DNA of 62,928 bases, filler included, from Olpidium bornovanus S191 (taxonomy: Eukaryota > Fungi > Olpidiomycota): the NCBI GenBank assembly GCA_017911155.1. It is 34 parts of 34 records of this genome, joined end to end, with 100 filler letters (N's around TTAATTAATTAA, not from the genome) between each part and the next. Parts side by side here need not be neighbours in the genome. Positions count along the whole stretch, not along the records: positions 60,076 to 61,156 come from JAEFCI010011119.1; positions 61,257 to 62,928 come from JAEFCI010009714.1; 32 more parts are not named here. One strand, given 5' to 3'. Positions 60,542 through 62,928 of the stretch are shown piece after piece. A program made the position numbers and the translations under genes. Positions within the stretch are counted from its first letter, which is position 1, and each line of letters begins with the position of its first letter. The notes under the pieces were generated by a model. It was not told where the DNA came from and ran no database searches. It saw only the letters and a list, made by a program, of their open reading frames with translations.

Positions 60542-62640
60542 TATCGCGCCGGTGAAGGGGGCACCGCAGCAGAGGACGGAAGCAGCAGACCAAAGGGACC
60601 CGGACAAACGCGGGAGTGGGGGGGGGAGGGTGCACCTGAGTCCTCCCCTCTTCTTTTTTTTCGCCCCTTCCCTTTTCTAGCAAAACGCGGGCAACGCGCG
60701 CGCGGGGCGGGGCGGCAGGGCGGGGGCGGGTTTACCGCGGAGATTTGGGGGCGGAGTGGGGGCGCGCGTCGCCGCGTGGGCCGACGGGGAGGGGGGTGGG
60801 CGAGGAGAGGGGGGGAAATAAAATTCTCCGACGAAAGGCACCTCCCCGCCCCCTGGCAACCCCAGAGAGGGGGCTCAACCTCCCTCCCCTTCGCCCGTCC
60901 CCCGCGGAGGAGAGAGCACGCCCCCCCCTCCCCCCCCGCCCGCCCGCACGCCGGGGATAAAGGGCGAGGGGGAAGGAAGCTGAGAGGATAATAGGGGAGG
61001 ACGGGACGGGGGAGGGAGAAAGCGGAAACCGCGGAAAAGAAAAAAAAAAAAAAAAAAAGAAAAAGGGGGGGGGGGGGGGAAAAAAAGGGGGGGGGGGGGG
61101 AGGGGAAGGGGGGAAACAGCCCGGTGGTCCACGCGCGCCTTTCCCCTCCCCACCCCNNNNNNNNNNNNNNNNNNNNNNNNNNNNNNNNNNNNNNNNNNNN
61201 TTAATTAATTAANNNNNNNNNNNNNNNNNNNNNNNNNNNNNNNNNNNNNNNNNNNNCCTCCCGCCGTCGGTCTTGGGGTTACTGTAAAACATTAGTGGTA
61301 AATGTAACACTACTAATATTGGCACGGTAGTTAGTTTTGCACTCTACACGACACACTCACACGCCCGCCCCCCCCCCCCCCCCCTTTCCCCCCCCCCCCC
61401 CCCCCCTTTCCGTCCCTCCCCCCGCGACGAGTGTCGAACGTTATTTTTTTCATTCTTCGTTACCAAGAAGCAGAGAAAGCGGGATTTTTCTTTTCCCCTC
61501 TCGCCGCGCCCGTTTCCAAGCCCGTCAAAGGGGGGGGGGGGGGCATGGGGCGGAAGTGGGTCCGGTGTCCAGTCGTTGTCGCCTTGACAACTGGCCAAAA
61601 GATGTATATACAAAAAAACAATTAAAGTCCAGGCCGAGCTCCCGGGCGTCTCGGGTTTCGCGGCACCGGCAGCTTTTTTTTTTGGCCTCCGTTTTCCCCA
61701 AGGAGTGAGAATTCGGCCGGCCTCACGCCAGCGAGCCACCGTGGATGCCACCGCGTGCCTCACCCCTTCCCCCCCCCCCCCCTCCCCCCCCCCCCCCCCC
61801 CCCCAATCCCTTCCGCTTCGTCACGTGGCAGCGCTGTGCCGTGCCTGACTGCACTGCCGAAAACAGGTGCGCCGCCCAAAGAGGATTAACATTAGCTGGG
61901 GCGGCTGCTTTCGCTCGCGACCGTCACAGCCGCTCGCTCTTGCTGTGCTGTGCAGCTGAAGTCCGCCATGCAGTTGGCACGTGCCAGAAGGGCGAAGGAA
62001 AGAGAGATGGGTGGGGGCAAAAAGAGGGGGGATGGAAGAGAGAGAGAAAGAAATGCCAAACGAGAGGCAGCGCACAGAGAGCGCGATGCGCTGTGAGGAT
62101 CCTTCCCCTGCCCCCCTCAGTGTCGAGTGCGGACGCGTCATCGCCGAGATACCCACGGGGTTATGGATAACGCCCGCGTAACTGAAACACGGAGTGAACG
62201 GACGGCGACGTAGCGCTATTTGCTATTCAGATTTCCTCTTGTCGGACCCCTGATGAGGGGTGAAAGGGCGAGTTTATTGACGCCAAAAGCTCCAGGGAAG
62301 GGTGCTCTTGCGGTTTTGACCGCCGGGCTTTCATTGGGAGTCCGGTTTAGGGCCGGCTCTCTCTGCGCTGGACTCCTCCCGCCTTCCTCCCCTTCCCCAC
62401 CTCTCCCCTCTCTGTAGGAAAAAGGGGGGGGGCGCAGCCAGGGGCAGCACGGATAGAGCTCTTACACGAATTACTTCCCCCTTTCCCCCTTTTGTAGAAT
62501 CCGCATGGAATCTCAACATAAATAGGCGAGGAACCCGTAGAATCAAAACACCACGAAGAAACAGAACAGAATTCTCCTCTCCCGAATCTTTGCGCGGCTC
62601 CTTTGGATCTTCCCAGGGTCTCCTCCGGAGGGCATATTTT

Positions 62641-62690
62641 TACCACAGGTTATAAGCCCAAACCGCAGACTCCCCGTCAAAGAAGAAGCA
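62641..62690 (+). mobile_element. Ty1/copia LTR 3' end, PBS variant (GGTTATAAGCCCA, 62648-62660) and 5' leader
   Basis: ...CCACA directly precedes the PBS, and the leader is similar to the one following LTR-B. The LTR 5' boundary was not resolved. Confidence 0.65.
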
Positions 62691-62928
62691 AACGCAAACC
62701 TTCTACTCCCCGTACGCGGACGCAGAACCATGGAAAGACGCGGAACCATGGAAGAGCGCCCGCAACTCAGCTTAAGTGAGGTGCTGGGTGAAGGAGGACG
62801 ACGGCACGCATGCCGGGAGCCCTCCAAACAGCAGAAGCAGAAGAAAACACGGCGTACACTTACTACGCCACGACTGAAAGAGGAAGAACCCCAACGCGGG
62901 ACGCCACAATGCCCGGTGTCGGCCTAGA

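Noticed and set aside
62246-62265. CTGATGA...GAAA resembling a hammerhead ribozyme core
   Set aside because: Only 5 nt separate the motifs, so there is no stem II, and no stems I or III were found. The sequence forms a simple ACCCC-TGATGA-GGGGT hairpin.
61257-62640. Short ORFs in the last contig and ORFs in 20441-22977 and 31477-32886
   Set aside because: They show no recognisable motifs or consistent exon structure and are largely low-complexity, so they were left unannotated.

Overview
This is not a contiguous locus. It is 34 short contigs (about 1-3.8 kb each) joined by identical artificial 100-nt spacers (N44-TTAATTAATTAA-N44), so adjacency across spacers carries no meaning. The DNA is GC-rich, intron-rich (GT-AG) eukaryotic DNA from a flagellated early-diverging fungus: axonemal DNAI3/WDR63 and RSPH9 occur with fungal-type WOPR and chitin-deacetylase-like genes, and with EFL. 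An Olpidium-like zoosporic fungus is my inference. Recognisable gene fragments include EFL (split over two contigs), DUF262, a PHP-domain membrane protein, DYRK and STE11-like kinases, a CE4-family protein, an Mgr3-like TPR protein, BTG/Tob, Rad17, SWIM-RING, WOPR, an SDR, an AFG2-type AAA ATPase, ISA1 and a SAP-domain protein. There are also many degraded Ty1/copia and Ty3/gypsy pieces. The most striking observation is a 132-bp LTR (43094-43225, minus strand) carrying a complete tRNA-derived Pol III unit (A box, B box, cloverleaf, T4 terminator). It sits in an LTR-PBS-87 nt-PPT-LTR-PBS arrangement whose PBS is complementary to the initiator tRNA-Met anticodon arm, and related copia LTR/PBS junctions occur elsewhere in the window. 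Other highlights are a secreted CE4 protein whose two metal-binding His residues are both Asn, an intron-containing DUF262/GmrSD-N gene, a BTG/Tob domain split by a large insertion, and a cluster of palindromic GTATCACC sites. All family calls come from motif recognition by eye; no database searches were run.
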